A stretch of 64,000 nt of DNA from Saccostrea echinata (GCF_033153115.1 NW_026889757.1:4092001-4156000), one strand, 5' to 3'. Shown: positions 37,533 to 50,901, counted from the first letter of the stretch. A program made the numbers and translations. The notes: a model not told the origin generated them from the sequence alone.

Positions 37533-38490
37533 CAACGACAACAAAATGTTTAAGGGTAACTTGGTGTTCTTTGAACTTTTTCTATGAAATTTAAGATCAC
37601 AACTTCCTATGGCCTTGAAAGACTACTATTGAATTTAAGGTCAAAGGTCAAGGAAATTCACTTTCGTTTCCGGGCGATATCTTAAAAAGTCTGAAATTTT
37701 GCAATGAAATGTTGTATCACAGCTACTTGTACCTATGGCCTAAGGAAGATACGTATGGATTTTGAGGTCTAAAGTTTAAAGACCAAGGCCAAAAATTAAT
37801 ATACATGTTGAAAAAAAATGGTTTTAAGTTGACAGTTTTGATTTTCATGGAGCCTTTTCAATGAAGTTATATATCATAACTCCAAGTGTCTTAGCAAGGA
37901 CCTCTACTGATTTTTTTAAGGTCGAAAGGTCAAAGGTTAAGATCAGAAATTCATACGATGCAAAAAAAAAAAAAAAAATTCCATACAATAACTTTAGTTC
38001 TTCTTAGCCTTTTTGAAATTATATACCATAACTCCAAATGTCATAAAGAAAACCTCTTGATTTTTACGTCAAAACGTCAAGGTAAAAAATTCATATCTTG
38101 TATAAAATGGTTTCCTGCTGATAACTCTAGTTCTAGTTCTCTTTGAGGTTTTGCAATTCAATTTTATACGCTTAGTCAATATGACCTAAAGAAAAATTCT
38201 TTGATTCTGAGGTTAAAAGGTCAAAGTCCAAGGTCAGAAATTTATGTATATCGCATACATAATACAGTTTTCAGGTGATAACTTTAGTTCTCTGTATGCT
38301 TTTGCGATGAAACTTAAGATCATGAATTTCTTTAACTTAAAAAGGACCCCTACTGACTTAAAGCCAAAAACTGAAAGGTGAAGGTTGACATTTTTCCCCC
38401 TCAATCTGTATATATATATATTTTTAAATTCTTCCCTCCTCTTTTTCTTCTTCAAGCGGGGGACACAAATTCCCTGAATTAGCTTGTTTT
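36960..38490 (+). mobile_element. Degenerate HINE-type element with ~160-bp repeats
   Basis: Recurrent aaggtcaaaggtcaaggtcagaaattcata / ttttgcaatgaaatttt units; 3' end aagcgggggacacaaattccctgaattagcttgtttt. Confidence 0.65.
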
Positions 38491-40460
38491 TTTTTTTTTC
38501 CAAAATCTGTTTTACATCTATTTTGATTTACATATATTTCAATTAAAAGAAAACCGACAGAAATTTTAGTCTAGGAAAACTCTACCAGAAAACACAGCTA
38601 AACCCTAACTAAAATACTCTATACTATTTTTAAGAAAGCTCGGAAGAATAAGTTTTTAATTTTTTTCATTATTAACGAGAAAAATCAGAATGACATGTCT
38701 ACTTATAGAGTACTCCAAATTTTGACGGCTAATGACATTAAGGCTAGATTGAAGGAAAAGTAAAAAAAAGAAATTAATGGCAATATTCGGCAAACAGAAA
38801 AAGTTCCAAATCGAAACACAATCTTTCAAAGTATATTTGGAATTTGCAAGCTTCCGCCTCTTTATATCATGCAGTTTTCACGTAAAATAAATTGCAAACA
38901 CCATTACGTACGGTTTTAATCTTTACCAGTGCAAAATGATCTGCAATCGTGGATATGGAAACTACTTGCGGGAAGTTCTAGGGAAAAGAACGATTTTCAG
39001 CAGGGTTTTTTTCCCAAAGATGGAAAAGTAAGTACAGACCAGAAAAGTTAATGAAACAGAGCTTTGTAGGTGATCTAAAGACGATGGCGGATTTCTGCAT
39101 TTAACATCCACCTCAGATACGTCAAACATACCCTAGGTCCCAAAATAATGTCCAACGCACTGATTTTGTGACGCGCAACACGTTTTATTACGCGATCATC
39201 TTACCAAAAATCGGGGTCTTCTTAGACTCTTTATTAAAGGATATATGTTTTATAAGTATTACTTAGGGGAATGATGGGAACTCAAACGAATCGACAAACT
39301 TACAACTCAAAAACTCGAAATTGAAGGTTGTCTTAACCCAACACACCCTACGAAATAAAAGTAGTCCACTACATTAGGCAGACTTTCTAGAAGTCCCGCA
39401 AGCAGAGAAACAACCATAACCTAATCTCTCCAACACTAGCATATGGAGAAAGGGGAACGGTAGTCATCACAAGACCATGAAGTCCACAATGACGAGAGAG
39501 TGGCCGAACCAGTAATCACAGTCTGAGACAAGAAGTCAACGCAGAGCCTACCTTACATCTAATACAACTGTAAATTTGAGATTCGATTTTCCTTGTATTT
39601 CTTAACAATGTAACGGTCGAAGGCCTTGTTACAGAACTTAATAATGATCAAGTAGCGGAAACAAGACCATGTATTCCGGCAAAGCAACCGTAAGGCATCC
39701 ACTTCGCTAATCAACAGACTATAGCTACTGTCTGTCCTTCTCCAGCGAACACCATCCCACCGAACCCCAAAACATTTTTAAAAAGGTATATGTGATTAAC
39801 TTTATTCACCAGAAATTGAACCAATGATTGAAAAGATATTATTACAACCTATGATTCTTACAATTCTTTTTGAAGATTCTTACACAACTGCTTTGTAAGA
39901 AATTACTTAACTGCATGTGGATCTACTTTAATACAACCTTGAGGTTGGCTATGATTAAAAGAGAAGATATCGAAAATGACGGTTTTCTATAGCTATAGTG
40001 AAATCCTTTAGATCTATTTTCATGAGCTGGCAAGTTAATAATATCCTTTTAAATATATATTTAATTGCATGTTAATTGCATGTTATAATGCCCTTACATG
40101 TCAGTGTGACAGGAAATGGGATTTTCTTTTGTGTGAACAGTACTGGTATTTCTCACATTATTATATGAATTATAAAAACTTTCTATTCTGAAAAGTGTAG
40201 GAGGTGACATTCCAACAAAATCAATGTATCCTATTAGCATATTTTGCACAGAAATAACTTAGTTCAACAAATGGCATTTTCCCCATAAATGATCAAATAT
40301 CAAAATCCAAGTGCCATGAAAAACTCTGATATATGTACAATTGAACTGCAAAATAAAAATGTTCCCGTCTAAAAAATACTGTAGGAGGAGTTATCCGGAC
40401 AAATAATGTACCCTATATGCAATATTTTGGGAAAAAACCTGGTATTTTTCTCAACTATCT

Positions 40461-41283
40461 GTAGGAATTCCCATTAGTACTAATTGCACCTCGTTATAAG
40501 CAGACCTATTTTCTTCTATTCATATGGAGCAGAATTTATTAAACAACTTCAAAAACTTCTACATGAAAAGTCTTGATGCGACCTTCATTTCAACATTTCG
40601 ATATAGCGACTTTTTAGCAATTAAAAATAATCATTTCCATTCCTACGTTCATTCGATATATCCCTTTGAATTCGAAAAAAGATACCATAGAGTCTGACTT
40701 TAATTTTTGGATATTTCAATAGAAAAATACGTTAATGGTAAGCTAACAATAAAACATTTTGATAAACGTGATGACATCAACTTTTCTATCGTCAACTTCC
40801 CTTATTTATGTAGCAATAAGTATACCATTATCGCCTGCATATGGAATTTATGTCTCCCGTTGATTCGATACGCAGGAGCATGCTCTACGTAAGAACAATT
40901 TCCAAAAGGAGGCAAGCTATTGACAAGTAAGTTGATGAAACAAGAATATCAACAATCTCGTTTAAAGTCAACATTTTGCAAATTCTATGGTCGATAAATG
41001 ACTTTGTCAGCAAATACAATATATCATTAAGTCGAATGTTGACTGACGTTTTTCATTGTTAGGTCATTTTTTTCACGCTGAATTGTCTACGGATTTTTGC
41101 GTTTGTCCGATCATAACAGGGAGCATATGGCGGGTATTAGCGATCAACAGGGGATGTGTACTCCTCCGTGGCACCTGAACCCACGTCTGATGTTTTTAGA
41201 GGCCCGTGTTTGCTCTGCTCCAAATCTGTGTTGTTTCCATGGACTTTTGAGCTTGATCACTGTGCATTATCCTCATATTTCAT
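40461..41283 (+). mobile_element. Degenerate Penelope-like retroelement (RT C-terminus plus 3' end)
   Basis: Frameshifted peptides GIPL..NCAP..ADLF, ..DKRDDINFSIVNFPYLCSN, LIRYAGACST, followed by the conserved 3' motif. It is inserted in a HINE remnant (~40170-40450 and 41290-41715). Confidence 0.75.
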
Positions 41284-41828
41284 ATAATAAATAATCAAAA
41301 GTCAAAACCTATGTAATTATACAATCAATTGTACATATATCAGAGATGAGCACATTTCTGATAAATGTACAGTTGATCTGCAATATAAAAAAACAGTTCC
41401 TCTATTGAAAACTGTAGGAGGACAAATGATGCACCCTAAATGCAATATTTTGTCCCCCCCCCCCCCAAAGTTCAACATCTGGTTTTTTTTTTTTCATACA
41501 AAATAATAATTAAAAAAAAAACCAAAATCCAAGTAACATGCATATTTCTGATATGTGTACAACTGATCTGCAAAATTAGAAAGTTCCCATCTTGAAAATT
41601 ATAGTAGGAGTTATCCGGACAATTAATGTACATTTTTGGCAGTGGCCCGTCAATCCCCCCTCCCCATTACCTCCAATTCGATAACCGGATTTTCTCCACG
41701 AAAAACCCGGTTTAAATTGTTTATGATACAAAAAAAGAAGTGATTTTCATTAGAGAAGGTAATAAAAACATATATAATTCATATGTTTGTCTTTAAAACA
41801 ATAATCAAGATCATGGAACATTCTAGTA

Positions 41829-42075
41829 TGTTTGTTTTTTGTTTAACGTCCCTCTCGAGAATTTTTCACTCAAATGGAGAAGACACCACTTGCCTGTGGA
41901 GGGCTGCAAATTCAGTCCTATACTCGGTACTCAGGACCATTGAGCAGTGAGGGATCTTTTACATCCCAGGACCCACTGCGACACGGGACCTCTGTTTATA
42001 CGGTCTCATCCGAAGGACCGGTCTCCACGTCCCGCAGTGGGATTCGAACCCGCGACGTAAGGATCAACTCCTTAC
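41829..42075 (-). mobile_element. Deu/Nin-like tRNA SINE, 5'-truncated copy
   Basis: Co-linear with 17785-18072; B box present, A box lost. Confidence 0.85.
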
Positions 42076-42684
42076 ATCGTGGAACTTTCTACTAAAATTA
42101 ACAAAGCAATTCTTTATATGGTATAAGAAAAATGAATTTAGGAATTTCAGTTGTCCCCAGAAAAAAAACCCACGAATTTGATTAAAGTTTTTATTTGTTA
42201 ATTATTATTTTTTTTAGATGTTGTGACTTTAGATTATTAATTGCTTAAGTACATCACAATTGATTTTTTGCAAAAGAAATATTATACTGATTGATTTTAA
42301 TAAATTATGAATTGTTTGGTTGCAAGATTAAATGCTTTGGTGAGAGAGTGCTCGTGACAAACCAATATCGATCTACTGCTTCACAGTTATCCATCGTATG
42401 GTCCACTTGTTGAGCAGTTGTAGTTCCCTCCCATTTTAGCACAATTTCCATTCAATGAAACACTAATCTTCAAATTTCATTTTAGTTTTATTTTGCAAAA
42501 CACTTATTGATTAATACAATTATAGCACAGGCACTTGTTTCTGTAAAACAAATTTACCCATAGTATAAAAATAACACCAGGTATCTGACTCCGAATTACA
42601 TGGGTGCCCCTTCCCAGAATCGCAGTCATTTACGCTTATTACGCTTATTTGAATGATATTGAACACTTCCAGGACAAACTCTGA

Positions 42685-43355
42685 TATTTCACATAACGAA
42701 CAGTATTCGAGCACAAATGTCCATTTAACATTACAAAATTGGAGCAGAGCAAACACGGACCTCTGAGACATCAGAGGTGGGATCAGGTGCCATGGAGGAA
42801 TGAGCATCCCCTGCCGACCGGTCACACCCGACGTGTGCTCCTTGTCATGATCGGGGAATTCCGTCGACAATTCAGTGTGTAAATAATGGCCTAACAATTA
42901 GTGTTGAAAAAAGTCAGCATTTTACGTAATGAAAGATTGTATTTGCTGACAAGGTCATTGTATCGACCATAAAACTTACGAAATGATGACTTTAAACGAG
43001 ACTGCTGATATTCTTGATTCATCAACTTGTTTGTCAATAACTTACCTCGTTTTAGAAATTGTTCATACGTAGAGCATGCTTTGGCGTATCGAATCAACTG
43101 AGAGATATAAACCCCGTATGCAGGTGATAAGGGTATATTGCTGCATAAGTAAGGGAAGTTGATGATTGAACAGTTAAAGTCATCACATTTATCATTTATT
43201 TAAAACTTTGTTGTTAGATTACCATTAATGTCTTTTTCTAATAAAATATCCAAATATGAAACAGATGTGTCAGACTCTGTGGTATCTTTTATCTCAAGCT
43301 CACCGGGATATATCGTGTCGACATAAGAATGGAAATAACCATTGTTAATTGACAA
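42685..43355 (-). mobile_element. Penelope-like retroelement fragment (RT thumb plus 3' end; Naiad-like, since no GIY-YIG follows the RT)
   Basis: FHSYVDTIYPGELEIKDTTESDTSVSYLDILL..NGNLTTK and LIRYAKACSTYEQFLKRGKLLTNKLMNQEYQQSRLKSSFRKFYGRYNDLVSKY; the ORF ends directly before the conserved 3' motif. Confidence 0.8.
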
Positions 43356-44053
43356 TGGTAAAATGTTTAAGCTATATAATAAAGGAGTTATTAAACTTAT
43401 ATTGGTGAATATTGGCACTCGTGCCAATATTCACCAACATAAGTTCAATAACCCTAAAATATCAAATTTGATTCTCCTATATTTGAACCGTGTTCATTCT
43501 TATGAAAATTTTGAAATGAATTATCAATAGCGAAATGTCAATATTGATATGGCGAATAATGATTGTCATTTAATGATGAAATTTTAATAAAAATCCTTTG
43601 ACGTTTCCAGGAAAAAAAACCAGAACCTGTCTCGCGCATATCCCTAGAGATCAAAGCTGTCAGAATTCAAATTGCAATGAGGAGAATCTAAATAAATCAT
43701 AAAGTTATATTTCATCATTAAGTAACTAAAAAAAAATATCCAAAATATTTGCATCATGAATTGAATTGAAATGAATGAAAGTTATTGTTTATTAAGAGTA
43801 CCGAAGAGCAGTTTGCTATCTGGTATCTTAGCACATGCCTGTCTTAGAGAAGTTTAACTCACGAAATCGGGGAAAAAATAATATCAATTGAGATGGGGTC
43901 GTGAGGACCACTTGAACTGGATAGGTAAAACTTGTTCGATTAGTACTGTGTTCAGTAAAGTATATTTCACTCTTTTCAGACGTATTTGAAAGAAAAAATG
44001 TTATGTTTGTAATTAACTAAGGAATAATTATTAATTGAAATCATAACAATCGG

Positions 44054-46297
44054 TCACACTTGAAAAATAAAAATTTTCCCAGTCTGTGTACCTATCCAAA
44101 GTCTATTCTTGACATCACATGCAAGTGACCAGCAATCATCAATGTCAACTATCTTTTTGTCGAAGCGACCATTAGCAGTTAGTCTCCAAACCGAGTTTGA
44201 ACCATTATTTACGACATAGATCCGGCCCTTGGAATCACAACAAATGCCACGTGGTATAAATTCCGACTCTTCCATGCACTCCGGGGCTTCGCCATCAAAA
44301 GAATTCAACTGGTTCCCTTCAAAGTCTGTCAATACCACCTGAAGAGTAATCCAGTCCGACACTACAAACCAGCTCTCTTCTGCGTTTAAGGCAATTCGAG
44401 CTGGATACTGTATAGTGTTTCTCCCCATTACTTTCTTTTCTGTCTTCATGTTTTGCATCTTGACCATCGATGCTGATGGGTTTTCACTGCAGTTATAAAA
44501 CACGTCTTTTTCGGTTAAGCCCACAGTGAGTGTGTTGCTATTCCTGTCAAAAGTCATACCACGGGCACAACATTTGGTACGCAGAAAGGTTTCTGGCTCG
44601 GTATCACCCTCTTTCTTTACAACCATTTTTCTTGCATTACAAGATAGATAAACAGTTCCTTTTCCATCATAAGCGATGTCATCTAGTTTATAATCAGTGA
44701 CAAAAGTGTCATGACATTTGCCTTTTACATCGTATAATTTTGCCACTCCTTCATTTCCCATACATATCCATGCTTTGTCGTCTTCCACACAAGAAATCCC
44801 CGTTATCACGGTATCCTCCATTTCACAATCAAACCATTTTACAAGTCTTATCTCTTCAACGCCTTCCTTCTCCTCTGGAATTGAAATGAATCCAAACAGA
44901 TCTCTAACTTTCTCCTTCATCAAGAACCCCTTTACAAAGTCAATATTTGTATTGTCCTTCGCAGGTGGTTTAGCTGTAGAATTTTTCACTTTTTCCAACA
45001 TTTCAGTCAGTTTTGTGCCGTGAATAATGATATCTATATCGTTTCCTTGTTCTAAAAGCATAGTTGAAAATTCATAGAGCCCTAAATACTGCAACTTGAT
45101 TTTTTCTACATTCTTCATAGCACTGTTGTCAGGAGAGTATTCCAATACCTTACTGGAACATTCATCTTGAATATCATCGACTAATCTGTGAAAAAGTTGT
45201 GCTTGTTCCCTTATATTATCGAGAAGTTTTTCCTCAGTATCTAGCATCTTGTTTTTTTCTTTCTTTGCTTTAGCTTTTTCGTTGGACAACTTTTCAATAA
45301 AGTCACGATGTTCCGAATTTTCAGTTGCACTTTCAAGGGAATTTCGAAACTCAATAACTGCCTCGGATATATCCTTACACTCATGACTCTTATGCATTGT
45401 CATGTTGCAGTCGATGCAGATTGGTTGTTTACAAGTTACACAAAAATATTTCAACTCCTGCGTAGTATGATGATCACATAAAGAAACACTTTGTGATATC
45501 ATTCTGTCTCCCTTTTCACTAATGGTTACAATTCTATGACTCTTAGTTCCTTGTAGTTTGGAATGTACCCGAAGACAAAATGAGCAGTAATTCTGATCAC
45601 ATACGAAACAGTAAAATTCAGCTCTCGTTTTTTCTCCGCAAACATCACACTTTAAAATCGCATTTCCATCCTTGTTGAAAAAGAAGAAATTTTTGGGAAA
45701 GCCCTCTTCTTTATTCTGAGGAATTTTACTTACAGCTCCACAAACAGTACACTCATAACTTGAAAATATACCTTTCGCCTCAATCTGGTATTTCAAGCAT
45801 TCTTTGCAGAAGGAATGATAGCACTCCAGTAACCTTGGATCTTTAAAAGTTTCGTAACAAAGTGAGCATTTAAGTGTGTTTGGGTCCTTCGCCTTTCGAC
45901 TTACGTTTTCTCCATTGTCTTTTTTTCCTCTGCTTTCTCCACTTCCCCTTCCTGTCCTGCTATCCTTTCTCCCTTTATTTTCCCTATTATCATTTTTCCC
46001 TCTGCTTTCAACACTATCCTCTCCTACTCTGCTGACTTTTTCTCCTTCGTTTCCCCCATTGTCATTTTTCTTTTTGCTTTCACCACTGTCCTTTCCTGTT
46101 CTACTGTTCATTTCACCTTCACTTTCCCCATTGCCATTTCTCCCTCTGCTTTCAACACTATCCTTTCCTTGTCTGCCGTCTCTTCCTTGCTCTTTTTCCC
46201 CATTGTCTTTTGTTTTTGTAATTTCTCCATTGTCCTTCCCTTCTTTATTTTCATCGTTGTCCACGGTATTTTCCGTTCTAACACCCAAGCTTGCCAT
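44054..46297 (-). CDS. TRIM-family E3 ligase: RING, two B-boxes, coiled coil, NHL-like beta-propeller; intronless, ~747 aa
   Basis: RING CSLC..LECYHSFCKEC..CTVC; B-box1 CDVC..CFVCDQNYCSFC..H..H; B-box2 CDHH..YFCVTCKQPICIDC..H..H; NHL-like YPARIAL and FIPRGICCDSKGRIYVV. The first ATG is at 46297, right after a candidate acceptor (ttcag|GATGG). AATAAA on the minus strand at 43788-93. Confidence 0.9.
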   Translation of the reverse strand: MASLGVRTENTVDNDENKEGKDNGEITKTKDNGEKEQGRDGRQGKDSVESRGRNGNGESEGEMNSRTGKDSGESKKKNDNGGNEGEKVSRVGEDSVESRGKNDNRENKGRKDSRTGRGSGESRGKKDNGENVSRKAKDPNTLKCSLCYETFKDPRLLECYHSFCKECLKYQIEAKGIFSSYECTVCGAVSKIPQNKEEGFPKNFFFFNKDGNAILKCDVCGEKTRAEFYCFVCDQNYCSFCLRVHSKLQGTKSHRIVTISEKGDRMISQSVSLCDHHTTQELKYFCVTCKQPICIDCNMTMHKSHECKDISEAVIEFRNSLESATENSEHRDFIEKLSNEKAKAKKEKNKMLDTEEKLLDNIREQAQLFHRLVDDIQDECSSKVLEYSPDNSAMKNVEKIKLQYLGLYEFSTMLLEQGNDIDIIIHGTKLTEMLEKVKNSTAKPPAKDNTNIDFVKGFLMKEKVRDLFGFISIPEEKEGVEEIRLVKWFDCEMEDTVITGISCVEDDKAWICMGNEGVAKLYDVKGKCHDTFVTDYKLDDIAYDGKGTVYLSCNARKMVVKKEGDTEPETFLRTKCCARGMTFDRNSNTLTVGLTEKDVFYNCSENPSASMVKMQNMKTEKKVMGRNTIQYPARIALNAEESWFVVSDWITLQVVLTDFEGNQLNSFDGEAPECMEESEFIPRGICCDSKGRIYVVNNGSNSVWRLTANGRFDKKIVDIDDCWSLACDVKNRLWIGTQTGKIFIFQV

Positions 46298-48194
46298 CCT
46301 GAACGGATATATCACCACTCAGAAAAGCTTTTAGTATTAACAAAGTAAATTGACTCTCCTTTGATTGATTTTTCAGATGCAAAACAGAGCATTTTCAATC
46401 CACATCTTCTTGTCTTGAACTCACAGATACATTACGCAGCATTAAACTTACAATGTATGTCCGCTGTATTATGTAAAGGAAAAGTTTAGAATTGAACAAT
46501 TTCTCTCGATAGCACTAAAAATGCTGATGTAAATACTACAGTTGGCAACGAAATCAAACTCATTACCTCGTGGCAGTTTTGTTATGCATCCTTTATGAGC
46601 GTCAGATAGTTTTTCATCTGCCATGAATTATTAATCACTCTTATCTTTTAGATGTTGCAAATTATTCTGTGATCCGATAAATCCCAAAATGACAATCTCG
46701 ATGCGTGACATCTCTCTTTATCCCAGGTGAATATAGGATCTTTTTCTCCTCCTTCCTATCTCCTTACTCAAATCACAAGCTCACTTATTTTATTGCATAT
46801 TTCTAGTCACCACGCACTGTTGTCAGTAGACTGTGGAAAAAGGAGTTTTGTTTCGATAATCATTTCATATTCCGAACTGTATCTGTGTCATGGAGTAAAG
46901 CCTATCAATTACTTGTCATCAAATATGTATCCTTTGAAAGATTAGTCTTCTTTCAATCAATATCAAATTCAATATCGTTTTCACACCTTCAATATTATTG
47001 CTTCAAACGCTTTTATAATGCATTAAATCACAAATATGAGAGGGGGCATATTCCAGTACATATACAAAAGTCCATATGTCTATGATTCCTTAAATCGTCG
47101 AAAACATCATTCACACAGCAATGCGTAGATAAAAGTGTTAACCGAAACGTTGATATAAAAGTATGTACGCTCGTAGAACGATTAAATTATATTTTATTTT
47201 TTATTTTATTTTATTTTATTTTTTTTATTTTTTAAATAATTCAAACTCAGAGTCGTAGTACGATCATAAAAGATGAATGGACCAAATGAATGATATAAAT
47301 AAAATGAAATGAATCCTGTTTGTAAATAAACTAAAATGTTTTTTAGACTTATAGTGGTAGTTCATAAACATAACCCTCAATTTTTCCTCAACAATGATTG
47401 AAAGGACTAAATATTTTTTTAACACACACTACTTCATGAAAACTGTTGACCCAAAACTTAACCGGATAGGGTAGGGTGGGTAGGGGTGGTGGTGGTTTAA
47501 GAAAAGAATTATTTAATAGAATATAGAATTATATATATTTCAAACTTTGATCACTTGAGCTTTGGGCTGAGAGAAAGATAAAATCAAAGGTAAACTGGTC
47601 ATTAGTGATCATTGATTTAAAAAAAAAGTCTGAGATATATATTTTTTGTTAAGGCTACTCAATTATTTATAATTATGAGTTTTTCTAACAACAGGGTTTC
47701 CAAAACAAATTTTGTGTGGTCTTATCAGACACACCCAAATTGTTTTGTCTGGCTACTTATTCTGTATTGTGAGATGTTTACAAAATTTCTACATATTATT
47801 ATGAAATAGATTTCAAATGCATATAAAATCATGACATGGGAAGAAAAAAATGCAATTGCATAACTAGTTGTGAATTTGTGATTTTTTTCAACTATGAATG
47901 TTATGCACAAATTTTACAAATTACAAATACTGGACACAGTTTATTATGACCTCAATATGTTTATTTCATTTTGTAAATTTTAAATTTACCAGGAGGTTGC
48001 AATATCAAAATTTTGAAATTTTGAATTTACTGCAACGCGGTCAATTAAAAACTCACAATTATGCAAAGTATTTTTTCTTTGGTCATAAATTACTTTTACC
48101 ACGCAAACGTTTTTTTCTGCATTTTATACAAAAAATTGAAATGTTTGGTTCTTTTACCATAGATGTACTAATTGTTGGGCCATTATTTACACAT

Positions 48195-48400
48195 TGAATT
48201 GTTTAAAGATTTTTCCGTTTTCCCGATCATGACAAGGAGCACACGGCGGGTGTGACCGGCGGACATGGGACGCTTACTCCTCAATAGCACCTGATCACAC
48301 CTCTGATGTTTTTAGAGGTCTGTAGTTTGCTCTACTCCCGATTTTTTTTTATTGTTTCAATGGACTTTTGAGCTTGATTACTGTTCTATATCTTCATATT
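48195..48400 (+). mobile_element. 3'-terminal fragment of a Penelope-like retroelement
   Basis: cccgatcatgacaaggagcacacggcgggtgtgaccgg...gcacctgatcacacctctgatg, matching the other copies. Confidence 0.7.
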
Positions 48401-48623
48401 TGATTAACACTACACAATGCAGACAAAAACTATGTCTCTTTTTAACCAAAAGGGGGAGCAACTGAATGTTTTTGCATATCCTTTGCTCATGCAGTTGGTT
48501 TTTGTAAAATATCAGGATTACTTACCTTATGAGATTTAAATAAACTTTGACAAAACTTTTTAAAAAAAAACCACAATTCCAGCAGTATGGCTTTTAAAAC
48601 AAGAGATACGTAATATATAGGAC

Positions 48624-49050
48624 AGTCACACAGAACTTTATGGATAGGATCGTGCCTCTACGATTTCCCCTTTAAAATTTTATCATTTGTAAAAAAAAAA
48701 ATTATTTTGTTTATTTTTAATCTCTTGCGATTCACCTACGTGTCTCTCTTTAAAAATCACAGAAAAATTACAACCCAGATACAAATACTAATAACATTCG
48801 TCACCATATAGAGGTGACGAATGTTATTATAATTTGCATTGGATACTAAAGTATAAAGCATCTGGACGCCCTCTAGGGGTAATGAATGTTATTAAAATTT
48901 GTATCTGAGTTGTTAATTTTGATGTGATTTTAAATAAAAACATAAAACTGAAAAGGTTATAAAGGTAAAAAAAAAAATCATACAATTACTAAAAAGGTGG
49001 TGGTGCATCATAGAAGCACAATCCTGTCCTCAGGTACCTGTAACTGTGAC
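48624..49050. mobile_element. Degenerate inverted-repeat element with internal hairpin
   Basis: Outer arms gtcacacag..gataggatcgtgcctctacgat / atcatagaagcacaatcctgtc..ctgtgac; inner hairpin aataacattcgtcacc..ggtgacgaatgttatt (48790-48828). Confidence 0.5.
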
Positions 49051-49082
49051 TAGGAAAATTATGCTTTCCTTTACAAGAGGAA

Positions 49083-50225
49083 TGAAATATGAAGATAACG
49101 AACAGTATTCAAGCTCAAATGTCCATCGAAACAATACAAATTATGAGCAGAGCAAACGCAGACCTCTAAAAATATCATAGATGGGATCGGGTGCCATGGG
49201 GGAATAAGCATCCCCTGTCGACCGGTCACACCCGCCGTGTGCTCCTTGTCATGATCAGATAAGTTGGAAAATCCGTAGACAATTCAGTGTGAAAATAAAA
49301 GCCGAACAATTTGAATGAGAAAGTCAGTTAACATTCAACATAATTTGCTAACAAGGTTTCTACACTATCGACAATAGAAATTACAAAATGTTGACTTCAA
49401 GCGAGACTGCTGATATCATTGGATCATCAACTTATTCGTCAATAGCTTGCCTAGTTTTAGAAATTGTTCTTACGTAGAACATGCTCTTACGTATACTAGT
49501 ATATTCAACTTCCAGACATAAACTCCATATGCAGGTGATAATGGTATATTCTACATAAATAAGGGAAGTTGACAATAGAAAATTCGAAGTCATCACGTTT
49601 ATCATAACGTTTAGTTGTTAGTTTGCCATAAATGTCAGTCTGTAGTAAAATATCCAAATATGAAACAGATGTGTCAGACTGTGGTGTCTTATTTTGAGTT
49701 CAAAGGGATATATTGAATCAACTCAGGAATGAAAATGAATACTTTTAACTGATAAAACGGCGCCGATATATCTAAATGTCGAAATGAGGGCAACATATTT
49801 TTTTTTCTTTTCAGATGTTTTTGAATAAACTCTGCTTCATATGAATACAAAAACAGGTCTAATAAAGAGGAACAATTAGAACACATGGCAATTCTAACAG
49901 ATTGTTGGAAGACCTGGTCTCCAAAAAGTACATATTAGATATTGACAATCAGAATTTAAGATCTTTTTAATATCAACTTTGGAGTATGTAAAGCCTGGTC
50001 TTTAATTTGTCATGGGGCATGGTTGTATATAGTCTTGAAATGGCGTGCGATTTGATACTTTGGATTTTGAAAAATTTGTGATTTTAAATTTTCTAATAGT
50101 TCCTTTAGAGTCTTTAAGTATCCACATCTGACTAACACCACTTCTCAAATATGTTGTGCAACACTCTTGAGATTTCTCCTTTGTTGCTGTTAATAAATTT
50201 GTGAGGAGTAAAGAGGGAGGCTTCG
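49083..50225 (-). mobile_element. Degenerate Penelope-like retroelement (longer RT fragment)
   Basis: FGDQVFQQSVRIAMCSNCSSLLDLFLYSYEAEFIQK (RT core) through the thumb and the 3' motif; many stops and frameshifts. Confidence 0.75.
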
Positions 50226-50522
50226 TTTTTTTCTTGTTTGCTTAACACCCTTCGCTAATTTTTCACTCATATTGAAAATCCATTACTTGCTGCTGGAGGG
50301 CTGCAAATTCAGACTTGTACTCGGCTTTTACGGCCTTTGAGCAGTGAGGGATCTTTTTCGTGCAAGCACCTACTGCGACACGGGACCTCGTTTATACGGT
50401 CTCATTCGAAGGACTGGCCTCCACGTCCTGCAGTGGGATTCGGACCCGCAACATAAGGATTAATTCCTCACTCCACAAATCAAGAGCAAACGCTATAACC
50501 ACTACATAGGCCACGCAGCGAC
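50226..50522 (-). mobile_element. Deu/Nin-like tRNA SINE, diverged full-length copy
   Basis: Co-linear with 17785-18072. Confidence 0.8.
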
Positions 50523-50901
50523 TAAGGCTTTTTAAAAAACATTTAGTAGAACACGCTATGAATCTCTATTTATAAAGATTTTTATGTAATTTAGGAATCA
50601 GTATAGGTATAGTAATTCAAATATTCAATTTGGTTGATATGAATATTAAAAATATTTAAAACTGACGTATGATTTTGAAAATTTTCCTCCTTAGAAAGGG
50701 AACTATGAGTATAAGTTGGAAGTGAAAAAAAGACACATTATTACAAAACATTTTTTAAAAAATTTCATTTATTTTGTTATGTACACAAATTAATGTAACA
50801 AAATACATTTTAGGAGGTTTAAAAAAAAAGAATGTTACTTATAGCACGCAATTTTGTATAAATATTTATAAATAATATGATGAAATATAAAGAAAAAAAT
50901 A

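Noticed and set aside
39000-39780. Relatively GC-richer segment with a donor-like site at ~39028
   Set aside because: The frames I translated are interrupted by stops and I recognise no homology; probably a decayed TE.
45876-46334. 152-aa hydrophobic ORF on the + strand (also 44718-45023)
   Set aside because: Antisense shadows of the TRIM CDS; the first mirrors its purine-rich repeat region.
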